Assembly: GCA_001643675.2 (NCBI GenBank)
Contig: LSRY02000010.1
Coordinates: 1,488,001-1,552,000, forward strand
Direction: 5' to 3'
Source: Monocercomonoides exilis PA203
Lineage: Eukaryota > Protista > Preaxostyla
Length of the DNA: 64,000 bases
Shown: positions 1 to 10,343 of the stretch, piece after piece
Layout of the letters: each line of letters starts with the position of its first letter
Numbering within the stretch: the first letter of the stretch is position 1
The notes under the pieces: model-generated
The model's database searches: none
Seen by the model: only the letters and a program-made list of their open reading frames with translations
What the model was told of the DNA's origin: nothing
Translations under genes and position numbers: made by a program

Positions 1-2149
1 CTTGTGAACGATGAAACTTCTCAATGCTTTTCTTCCACTACATATTTCTCGAACTTATCTTCCTTCGTGAGAAATTTCACAATAAGTTTCTGTTTTCACA
101 TCAACTTGTTTTGTTGAATGAATGTTAATAAAAACGAAAAAATGCAGTGAAAAGAATTCTCAAACTCATACCCTTCCATTGAGACCAGAGCAACAAATGT
201 GAACAAATAATTGAAACTCATGAACAAAAATGTGTATTATTTGGAGTATTTCGACCAATTCGAGAATTATTTAGTCATTTCGAAAAGAAGTGATCATTAT
301 GAATTTTATTCAACTTTTCGCAAATGACTCAACCATTTTGAAAATCAGTCAATCTATAATTTAATCAATTAATAAAAGGTTATATGCCAGTTTTGATCAA
401 GAAATTTACAAGTTTACTCTGGCTCCAGTGAAAAAATTGTATGTTTTTATCTATTTTTCAATATACGGTTTATTATTTCATTTTCTATATATTCTCTGTA
501 TGTTTTTAATCTATCAATGTTTATCGATCCGGATTTATAAAAAATTGTTTTTCATGTTTTAAAAGCATTTAATAATATCCAGCAAGTATTTTCCTGTATA
601 TTGCAACTGTAAATGTTGAGTCAACTCATATTCTGTGTATATTTTCATTCGCTTTCTTATGAAAAATGTTCAAACAATTTGATTTATTGTTTTTTATTTG
701 TTTTTTTTATGACAAGCAGTTTTTGTTTGTTATTTCTGTTCAACAAAAACAAAATACTTATGGAAAAAGCAAGAATTTGAATGTCAAAGCGCATTTATGT
801 TTTTCAATAAATTTTTTTATGGCTTTATTATCTTGATTATTATTTATTTTATCTGTTGTAATCATTCCACTGTGATACTTCAATTCAATTAAGTTTATCT
901 AAAAGAATGAGATATAGCCAACATTTTAGTGTTTTTATTGTTTGAATAGTTATAAATAATTAGTATTGAATTTCACGAATATTTGTTTTTGTATATTTCG
1001 TCTTTTTCAGTTAAAATGAAAAAACAATGATTCAAATATTCTTGGAATGATAAATTTTTTGCAAGACTTTTAAAAAATTTGAAAAGAAAAAACTGTCAAA
1101 AACAATGATCGAAAACTTAACCCTGGGTGACGTGGTGACTTCTGACGTGACCTTTTCGATTTTTGACGGACTTGACAGATTTTTTCACGTCATAAAAAAA
1201 AATAAAAAATAAAAAAATGAAAAATAAAAATATTGAAAGTTATTTATCAAAATTACCATTATTCAATTTTCACTGACGCAAAAGCGGAAATCGGATTTTT
1301 TGTTCGTCACTGACGTCACCTGTCTCTGACGTAACACCGAGTCAGAAGTGTGTTTACGCTAAACCTTTGCGACACATGAAACAGGATAGGCTTGTGTCGG
1401 TCGAATATTAATTCTTGTGTCGAAGTTTTTTTTTTTTTGAGCATATAAAAGTGTGCAAACGTTTCTTTATTTGATTGAACAAAAGTTAATAAAATTTAAA
1501 AAAATTTATTTATCATTAAAAATCAAATTTTTTCAAGATCTTGGCACACATAATTAAAAATAAATTATTTGATAATTATGGGAATGATCAAAAATGTTAA
1601 TAGTTTAACTGATGAATCTTCATGTATTAAATGTTGTAAACATAACATTTTATTTATATTTGATATATATATGTTGATTTATCGTTTTATTTTTTGATAA
1701 CAACGAATTTTATGTTATTCAAGAAAATGCTATCAAATCAGCTTTGAGTTATTTCAATTTGACATTTTTTCAATGCATGAACAACTTAAATCATTTGCAT
1801 GTTAATATTATTAATGCGTTGCACAATTTGCGGTTATTGATACAAAAATTGAAAAAAAATTAACATGAATAAAGTTTGCTGAAGTTTGTGAGATTTTTTT
1901 GTGTTTTCGTTCATTCAATTGATTGCATTTCTATGATTTTCATTAGATTTTAGAAATACAGGCAATTTCCAGGATTTGATCGGGAAAAAGGAAAATAAGC
2001 AAGGAAAGACTAAATTTTCCAATTTTCAAAAGGTTTGAAATTATTTGTTTTATTTAATTATCTTTGTTTTTTCCTCGTTTTGTCAGTTTGATTTGTATAA
2101 TATTGCAAAAAACATAGAAAAAACAAAATTGTAGAGAGCACAGCAGTAA

Positions 2150-3060
2150 AAAAGGATGCAAAAGCGTTTGAGACGGCGAAGATGGAGATGTTGCCAGAAG
2201 TTCAATGACGAAGAGCGGAGAGGGAGACAGAGAAGAAGAATGAAAAGAATGCAAAGAAGAGGGTATATGTGAAAAGCCTTCAGCGTTCGGAATCATCGGA
2301 GCATCTTCTCTCTGAGAGTGGATCAACTGAATATATCCTGGGAAAAGATTCAGACAAGATTCCTGAATGGGCATTGGAAAAGGTTGAAGAAGAGGAAATT
2401 AGAAAGCAGACTCCATCGCCATCAATTTCTTCAACATGTTCAACTGATTCAGATTCCACGTTTGTTCGAGGGGAGGATTTGTGCCCAACCACCTCATCCA
2501 TGTTGAACTTGGTGGATGCAATGGTATGCTCATCTCCTCATGAGAAGCTGATTGTGGATTTGAGGGATTCGCTGTTCATGCTGCTGCATGGGCTGAATAA
2601 GACAAAAGAGATGGCAATTGGCACATTGAAAGAAAGAGAACAAACAGCTGCACAGGTTTTGTTCTGGGTGGCTAACCTTGCGCTGCACTCCTTTGATGAA
2701 ATGGAAAGCCCTCTTCAATCTCTTTCCAATCTGAGTCCCCACATTGTTCTCTTCTCAGAACACATGGTGATCTGCATTGTGATGCATTCAGACTTATTGT
2801 CAGACGATGACTCAGATTCATCATCCATCTCATCATCAACTGTTGTGACATCTGCAAGTGATGATGAAAGTGACTCCCTTCCCTCATCGGTTTTTGAGGA
2901 TGAGGAAGAATTCAAAAATGAGTGCCTTCTGTGGAAGGCGCCGGAGCTGGTGATGAACAAGAAGATGGATGCAACGAAGGAGTCGGTGGCGTTCTCGATT
3001 GGGATGATGTTGTGGGAGTGTCTGACGCTGCAGATACAGTTTGGGGAGAATGAGGTGAAC
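2150..3060 (+). pseudogene. Truncated fragment of the cytoplasmic kinase-like tail of the large surface-protein family (hAT cargo)
   Basis: ORF 2269-3252 closely matches the C-terminal part of 10344-18662 (SESGSTEYILGKDSDKIPEW, CSSPHEKLIVDLRDSLFMLLHG, WKAPEL, FSIGMMLWECLTL). No ectodomain or TM. Stop and frameshift near the 5' end; similarity is lost after ~3055. Confidence 0.85.
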
Positions 3061-4073
3061 ATGAAGCGGAAAAAGATTGCAACAAGAAAAAGGCAGAAAA
3101 TATCAGAAACTTGTCTGAAGCTTCTTGAGGTCGTTTCCAGCTTTGAGATTGTGTGGTTATTTAATAATTATGCAAAATGCAAAGGAGTTTTGTCTTTTTT
3201 TGCTGCAATTTTGATAATTTTACAACATTTTCTTGCTTTCTTATTTATTTAATAATTAAATAATTATTTGATACAAAAAAAAACAATACTCACTTTACAT
3301 TAACATAACATATCCTGTGAATCATCTTTTTTCGTGAGAGTTATCGAATAATAGAGATAAATTTCATTATTTCTTTTGAACTCATCTGTATTCAATATTT
3401 TTTTATTCGCGATTTCCAATTAGAATCTTTATTTAATATCATTTACATATAAAAACAATTATTTCTCAAATGCTGATTCTTAAATAAACAATTGAAGCAT
3501 TATTTCAAAGTTGAATCCACTAAAACTATTTAACTGGATGAACAAAAGACCCTTATGTTGCAAACAAACTATCTTTTGATTGGCGATATGAAAAAATACA
3601 ATTACTCAAAAAATATATGATGAATTGTAATTATTATCAGTTATGAACATCGCTCTTCATTCCGAAGAATGAAAAACGTTAGAACACAATATAAAAGTTC
3701 AACGAACGTTGTTAAATGGATCAATGTGTATTACAAGCATCTGAAAACGGAGTAGATAAATTAATTAATAAGAACAAACATATTTGAACACTGAAATATA
3801 GTTGTTGATTGGAAATTTGAAAGAATAATATACAAACCTTGTATTTGTAACTCACAATTCCACATATTCACAATAAGATTCTTCTATTAATGACAAATAT
3901 CGAAAGTTTGTTTCAAAAACAGTTCAGAAAAATTATAATTGCAAACTTTGTTCAGCAAACCTCATTGTTTGTCAAGAAATTTCATTTGGATTCAAATATA
4001 TTCAGAATTCTTCACTGAAATGCAAAAAGATAGCTATAGCAGTTGAATGTTTTATTGAAAAAAATATAAACAT

Positions 4074-6833
4074 CTACAGTAAAAGCAATGCGTTGAGCGT
4101 TTCTGGTGCAAGCGAGTACCTTCTATCTCCAACAATTCGTCTCAAGCGAGAGAAAATTCTTTCACAAGATGCTTCGCTGCACGGAAACATCGTCAACGAA
4201 TAACAAAAGTTTGCAAAAATTGTTGATATTGTTCCTTGCTTTGAAATTTCAGAATAGAAAATTTGAGTATTAGTGTGATCCACGTTTTGAGCATTATCCA
4301 GCAACATTGATGAAAATAAAGCTCTAATGCTCTCAATATGACTTGAAGCTTTCAAACAAGAAATTTTGGACAAATAATCATTGAAAGCTAACTTCAATCG
4401 GAGAAACCAGTCCATGCAAATAGATTGTTGGATTTTTGAAAGTGCTTTCTTTATCTGTTCTGTTGTCTTCATGCAGTCTGTGATAATAAATTCATTCACG
4501 CCGAGTTCTTCAACATCATTATCATCTTTTGAAAGGCTTTTTTCATTATCTGAACATTTATCTTCCTTTTTTTCGTCTGAATTTGATTGTGAATCACTTT
4601 CTTCAATATGTGAGTGTTTATTTCTTGTTTCATAAATTGATAATTCCTGTTCGCTACGTTCAGAAATGTTAGATCCTTCATCATATTCATCATCCGCCGA
4701 ATCGTTTTCTGCTTGAATAATGCCTGTTTCGTCAAAATCAATTTCCCCAAAAATATCTTCTTCATTAGTAATAACCTCTTTTTCGATAAGTGTGTTTTCT
4801 ATCAAAAGAGCAAATAAATGGAGCAAACTGTTATTTGGTGAGTTGGTTGGTGAAGTTGATGAAATAGAGTGCAAATCTTTTGGAAGCGGCAGAAGTTGAA
4901 CTTGTGTTTCGGTAATTGCTTCTGCTTTTCTGTCTTTTTCTGGGCTTATAAACTGAAGAGCAGAATAAAAAGTCTCAACTGATAATGGAGAAGAGAATAT
5001 TGGGTGAGGAAAATTTGTTGGAAAATTAATTTTTTCATTCTTCGAAAAAAATGAAAGCGCATATTGTTTGTCTGAAAAAAATTCATTTTCGCTGGTTTTA
5101 TCTTCCATTACATGAGAAAGTGTTCGTAACTTTTTCTGTTGATTCTTTGAAGATGCAGTATTTGGAACTTCTTTAGAAGGACAAAGAAAGACCGAGTCAC
5201 TTGGCATTATATCTTTTATAGATTGAATAGATGAATCCCAACGCATCCTTTGAATTTGAGTTTGATCTGAATCCTTTGAAAACATTGATGAACATTTAAA
5301 AGATCTGTATTTTTCTTTCAATGTCATTAACTCTGTCGAATAAGACTTTGAGAACAAACCGTTTCTGTAGTCAAGGATTCCAATTGGAGTTAAGGAATGA
5401 GCCAAAGCGATTTGATCTCCTCGTTCTTTCCCTAAAAATGAATTGAACAGTTGGATTACAATAAAGCAAACTCCATATTGCCAATCAGGGGAAGACAATT
5501 CCTCAAGATCTTGCAACCACATGTATTGCGCAATGGATTTAAGGATAATTGGAAACACATCTCCAAGCTTTGTGTCGTCTTTTTCAAAGAACAATTGCAG
5601 TTGTTTCAGAGGAATTAGTAATAATTCACATCGGATCACGTCATCTATTTTGACTTTGCAGAAATAGTCTGTAAATGAGATATTGTGTATATTTTTTGTA
5701 ATAAAAAAACATATGTCAAAAAGACATAGCCATCTAGATTCAATGAACGAAGGGCATTTCGGTAAAAATGGATTTTTTGTGGACTCATTTCTGGAAATTT
5801 TTGAATATGACGTTATTTCTTCTTTTAATTGCACGAAAAATGAATTATCCTTAAATATGCGTGTGACAATTAAATTAATCAAATGGTTGCAGCAGTAAAC
5901 AAATAGAGGAGTGATTTTTTTCCGTGTTTCTGTGATTGAGGTCGACTTTGTTTGATCTGCAAAGCTTTGAATTGCGAGTTTTTGTGGCAGCAAGCCATCC
6001 GTACAAAAACAGCGCACCTCTCCTTTCAAGTCAGCTATTTCTGTTATAATTTCATTTGCAAGATGAAAATAATCGGAAGTTGTGAAGCACGCCTTTTCAA
6101 TTTTCCAGAAAAATGGAGATGCCTTTGTCTGCAACGGAACAATAGTGATGACAGTGTATTTTTTTCCTGCTGCAACACCTCCATCCATCATGACGCCAAC
6201 CATTGAATTATAAATCTTTGTATTTCTATTGGCAATTCTTTTCTTACCTTCTTCATGAATAAGTGATGTTAGCTTACGATATGTGAGAGTAGGAAATATG
6301 GTTGTCGGTGAAAGAGTTGGATTTTGTTGGGAAGTGATAATTAAAGAAGAAATAAATTTGTTGAATTCATTGGAATAAGCAGAAAGAAACGCAATATTGC
6401 AATGACCAATTAAATGCAAAAAATGTTCAATTAATGAATCAAATTGAAAATGAGTTGGAACTATTTTATTTGAAGGAACTTCAGAAAATCTTGTAGAAGA
6501 TGGATGAAACTTGAAATATGGCAAAATAGAAGATGTAGTCGTCAATGCGCATCGATGATTCACAACTTTATCGCATCCCTTTCGTCCAGAGATGGCACAA
6601 TTGATTCCTTGTTTGCTGTTTGGACACAAGAAATAAATATGTCCATCTTTTTTTAGAGATCCATCCATCTTGACAGGAGTATATGCCAACCAAAGCTTTC
6701 CATCGAAAGTTTCAAAGTGAATTTTACCAATTTCTTCTCCAGTATTGTTTGGGTGCTTGTAGACTTGTTTTAAAGCAGAAAAATGCAAATTAATCTGAGT
6801 GATAATTAATATGAAACATACAATTACCGCCAT
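4074..6833 (-). CDS. hAT-family DDE transposase (919 aa)
   Basis: Uninterrupted ORF with GVMMDG and FCTDG (catalytic Asp-like), CCNH (CxxH), SRW, and the C-terminal hAT dimerisation motif PCSEASCERIFSRLRRIVGDRRYSL. Lies between hAT TIRs. Confidence 0.9.
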   Translation of the reverse strand: MAVIVCFILIITQINLHFSALKQVYKHPNNTGEEIGKIHFETFDGKLWLAYTPVKMDGSLKKDGHIYFLCPNSKQGINCAISGRKGCDKVVNHRCALTTTSSILPYFKFHPSSTRFSEVPSNKIVPTHFQFDSLIEHFLHLIGHCNIAFLSAYSNEFNKFISSLIITSQQNPTLSPTTIFPTLTYRKLTSLIHEEGKKRIANRNTKIYNSMVGVMMDGGVAAGKKYTVITIVPLQTKASPFFWKIEKACFTTSDYFHLANEIITEIADLKGEVRCFCTDGLLPQKLAIQSFADQTKSTSITETRKKITPLFVYCCNHLINLIVTRIFKDNSFFVQLKEEITSYSKISRNESTKNPFLPKCPSFIESRWLCLFDICFFITKNIHNISFTDYFCKVKIDDVIRCELLLIPLKQLQLFFEKDDTKLGDVFPIILKSIAQYMWLQDLEELSSPDWQYGVCFIVIQLFNSFLGKERGDQIALAHSLTPIGILDYRNGLFSKSYSTELMTLKEKYRSFKCSSMFSKDSDQTQIQRMRWDSSIQSIKDIMPSDSVFLCPSKEVPNTASSKNQQKKLRTLSHVMEDKTSENEFFSDKQYALSFFSKNEKINFPTNFPHPIFSSPLSVETFYSALQFISPEKDRKAEAITETQVQLLPLPKDLHSISSTSPTNSPNNSLLHLFALLIENTLIEKEVITNEEDIFGEIDFDETGIIQAENDSADDEYDEGSNISERSEQELSIYETRNKHSHIEESDSQSNSDEKKEDKCSDNEKSLSKDDNDVEELGVNEFIITDCMKTTEQIKKALSKIQQSICMDWFLRLKLAFNDYLSKISCLKASSHIESIRALFSSMLLDNAQNVDHTNTQIFYSEISKQGTISTIFANFCYSLTMFPCSEASCERIFSRLRRIVGDRRYSLAPETLNALLLL

Positions 6834-7069
6834 TGAAAGATTTTGTTCTTATTAATTCCACGAATGTGCATTCATTGTTTTTTAATTCCTCAACTTTTCT
6901 TTCAAATGCTTCAAGCTGCAAAGATGAATTATATTAAAAAATAAATAATTATACATGCTGGGATAAAATAAAATTGCCAAACAATATTTTTCGCTGACAA
7001 GCATCTTTGTAATTCTATCGGCAATTCTTTAATAAAGTCATTTAGATTCATTTCACTCATTTTTCAAAT

Positions 7070-7146
7070 GATCTCGACAAACCGACTGATCTTGACAGAC
7101 AGACTGATCTAGACATGATCAAGTCGAAAAGATCTGTCGATTTGAC
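7070..7146. repeat. Subterminal GACTGATCT/TCGACA repeats of the hAT element
   Basis: Clustered gactgatct, tcgaca and agatctgtcga motifs ~200 nt inside the TIR. The same motifs occur in inverted orientation at 61120-61185. Confidence 0.7.
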
Positions 7147-8279
7147 AACAAAAAAATTCTTTTTGCATTTTCATGTTTTATTATTCATTTTTAAAATTCT
7201 CAAAATAAATGGAGTAAAAAAAATATTTGAAATTAAATATTTTCCAATTTTTAAAATTTTCCAAATTGAAAAGTCTCAAAAGAGTTTTGAACGTCCCTGT
7301 CGGTCGGATTGTCGTTTCCGTTTGACAAAGTCAGTGTGTCGCAAAGGCCTAGTTTACGCTTTTAAAAGATGCAAAAAACCAAGTGGTCAGTTAGGTTAAA
7401 GAATTATGACTGATCGTTTGTAAGCTTTATTTCCATAATTTTTCTATTGTTTTGCTCAATTCTCATTTTTTTTTCAAAGTGCAATACATTCGTGCAAAGA
7501 AAAAGAACAATAATGCTATTCATAATTTGCCCAACGCAATTGCACAACAGTGCCTATGATTTGTTGTTCAGGTTATAAATTTGTTATTTTTTTTTAATTT
7601 TTGTTTTTTTGCATATTTTCTAACATAACTTCAACAGCTGAATTGCCTTTTTGTGTCGAATGAATAATAAGCTAACATAATTATTGAAGTTATTGCAGAA
7701 ATTAAGGATGTCAATTCAATTGTTGTTTGAAATGCATTGTCTTTAAATGATTGTTTCTTGCATTGCAAAAGTTCAAATGAAGGAGTAATATTTACTCTTA
7801 ATAACAAGTGATACTATTATGAACACTCACACTGAATAAAAAGGAATAATTTATTTATAACCAAAGAATGCTTTTGAAAACCTGATTTTCAAAGCATTGA
7901 AATGCAAAAAATTTCAAAAATTACTCAAAAGCACAGAAAAGAGGCTGAAAGAGTGGATGAATCAGTTGGAGTGCGCAGTCTTTAAAACATAACCATTACG
8001 CTGTCTTTCTGTTTGAAATTATTTTGTTGAAGAAAAGAAACAATAAAATTATTTGAATGTTTCAATTTTTGAAAGAATTGCATAATAAATAAAAAACATG
8101 ATGAAATTCACATCCACCACTTTTTTCATATACGAATAAAAATTTGTTTTTGATTTTGTGAAATTGAAATTTGAAAAAATAAAATTTTAAAGATACATAA
8201 TTTTAAGCTTAATTGATGATAAACATATAATAATTACAAATATCCAACATTGTCCAACGAAAAAAATTTCAGCAAATAA

Positions 8280-9490
8280 TCTTGAATAAAGTTTTCGATG
8301 ATATTTTCTTATCCTTTTTTTCCTTCTTTTTTAATATTTCTATTTTGATCTTCTTCTATTCTGTTTTGGATAATTCTTCATCTGTTTCCATGTTCAATCT
8401 TTCTGAAAGTGAAAAAGATATATCGAGGCAGCACTCAAGAATGTCATGGTCCAACGTTGGCTGACGCAGCTTCTCCAAAGCAATGCAAACATTTCCACTT
8501 TCAGAACAATAGAAACTGATGTTATCTTTTCTAAGACAGGAAAACCAAAAGAGAAATGCACAACTTGTAAATTGAATATTAGTGATTTTCCGTTTCCCTG
8601 TGAAGCCTTGAAAAGAACTCCAATAACATAACTGGCTCTTCTTTCACCCTCATATTGAAATTGAAACAGTAAACACATTGTTATTCATCCATCTCTTTAT
8701 CGATCTCGCTTCATTTGTTTTTTCCTCTTCATCTTTTTTCTTCCAATTCACACACTTTGACAGATCTTCCAACTCTCTTGCAGCTTCTCTCATAAAATGC
8801 AGCTCCTTTTCTAACACTTCTCCTGAATATTCACAGTTGTCATATCGATTTATCTTAAATTCCCAAGAATAATTATCTGTCTATTGCTTCAGATTTCGTT
8901 TTTCCTGAAGATTTCAGATAATTTCTTTAAACTCTCTCTCATATACAGTTCTTCTTCTATAAGTTGTTCAAAAATTAAAAAATGACAACAAATAAACAAA
9001 GAAGAAACAATTCCACACTGTAAACTGGTTTATGTTTCTCAAAGCAAGAAAAGCCATTTACACTTCCTTTCGAGTTTCCTCGCTTTCCTCTTTCTTCAAC
9101 GCGACTTTCAGCAAACAAGGCACGCAAATAGAATTCAATTTCAATGATGATGAGCCTCCAAATAATAAGATTCATTCACTAAGATCAGCAATTAGCCTTT
9201 CATCCTTTCCTTCATTTTTCACATTTTCATCAATGATCATCTTCCAAAATCTTATGTTCAACGAAGATTCATCAAGAAAAAGGCTCCGTGTATTTTTCAA
9301 TGAGACGAAAAATCCTATTTGCTTGTATTACTCATTTGTATTTTCCATTGAAATTTTCTTTTCTTCAATAATTTCTCCCATGTGAATGAATAATTCTTTT
9401 GCGAAAACAAATATGAATTCTTTCAAAGTCATTGCATTAATTGTTTCATTCATTTCTTCGATTATCTGTTTCTGTGCATCAACATTGCAT
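8280..9490 (-). pseudogene. Decayed member of a Glu/Lys-rich, probably alpha-helical, expanded gene family
   Basis: Minus-strand coding-like composition broken by stops and frameshifts (peptides such as VEERGKRGNSK and ASQGNGKSLIFNLQVVHFSFGFPVLEK). No recognisable catalytic motif. Confidence 0.4.
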
Positions 9491-9823
9491 CTTTAAAGCT
9501 CAAAAAACAATTCTGAATAAAACAAATAAGAAAATAATCACAAACATCAAAAAATCTATGTATATTAAATGCAAACCATAAAGCGAGATTGCATATCCTT
9601 CTACTTCATTTTTTTCTAAAATTGCAGCAGGAATGAACCACACTTTAAAGTTTCTGACAAAATGAAAACAAATTGAAAAAGAAGAAAAAATTTCATATTA
9701 AATTTTTATATATGATAACTTCTATGTGTTCACACCATGATTTTTCGAATTGGTTCAGTAAACAAGTCATTTCAAAGATAATTCTTGTATTAAATAAGTC
9801 TATCATTTTGTAATGGGAATCCA

Positions 9824-9825
<2 letters not shown>

Positions 9826-9861
<36 letters not shown>

Positions 9862-10082
9862 AAAATAATAATTTGAACAAATTGAAAAAACTTTTATATT
9901 ATAATAAAGGTTTTTTGTTCAAAATAGGATTTTTTAAATTTTTTAATTTTTTAATTTTTTATTTTTATTTTTTTATTTTTATTTTTATTTTTTTTTTTTA
10001 TTTTTATTTTTTATTTTTTAATTTTTTATTTTAATTTTTTTATTTTTTTTTTATTTTTATTTTTTTATTTTTTTTTTTTTTT
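9826..10082. repeat. Poly-T (35 nt) and (T4-9A)n low-complexity tract
   Basis: T35 at 9826-9860 and T-rich units to 10082, adjacent to the outer TIR. Confidence 0.9.
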
Positions 10083-10343
10083 GTGGAAAATTGGTGACGG
10101 ACGTGACAAAATTTTTTCTTCACGTCACCCAGGCTTATCGTAAACCCAGAAGGAATCAATTAACAATGATTCAATCATTTTGAAAAAGATCTGCATTTAT
10201 TGAAATTTTGTTCAACTTTTTGGCTTCGGCTAAAGCTAATGCCAAATGATAAAAATAAACGAAAATAGGTCTTTTGAATTAAATAAACCCATATCTGATA
10301 ATAATGATCAATGTTATAAAATAAAAATATCAAGAAAACAAGC

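Larger units (their letters stand above)
1360..7351 (-). mobile_element. hAT DNA transposon, 5992 bp, apparently autonomous
   Basis: 17-bp TIRs TAAACCTTTGCGACACA (1360-1376) and TGTGTCGCAAAGGCCTA (7335-7351) match 15/17. Perfect 8-bp TSD GTTTACGC at 1352-1359 and 7352-7359. 5'-YAR termini. Encloses a hAT transposase ORF. Confidence 0.92.
1117..10137. mobile_element. Probable non-autonomous TIR (hAT-like) element hosting the inner hAT
   Basis: TAAcCCTGGGTGACGTG (1118-1134) vs reverse complement of 10121-10137 TAAgCCTGGGTGACGTG (16/17). TGAC(G) subterminal motifs and mirrored A-rich/T-rich tracts occur at both ends. Flanks tcgaaaac (1109-1116) and tcgtaaac (10138-10145) match 7/8 as a decayed 8-bp TSD, with 1-nt boundary ambiguity. 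Confidence 0.55.
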
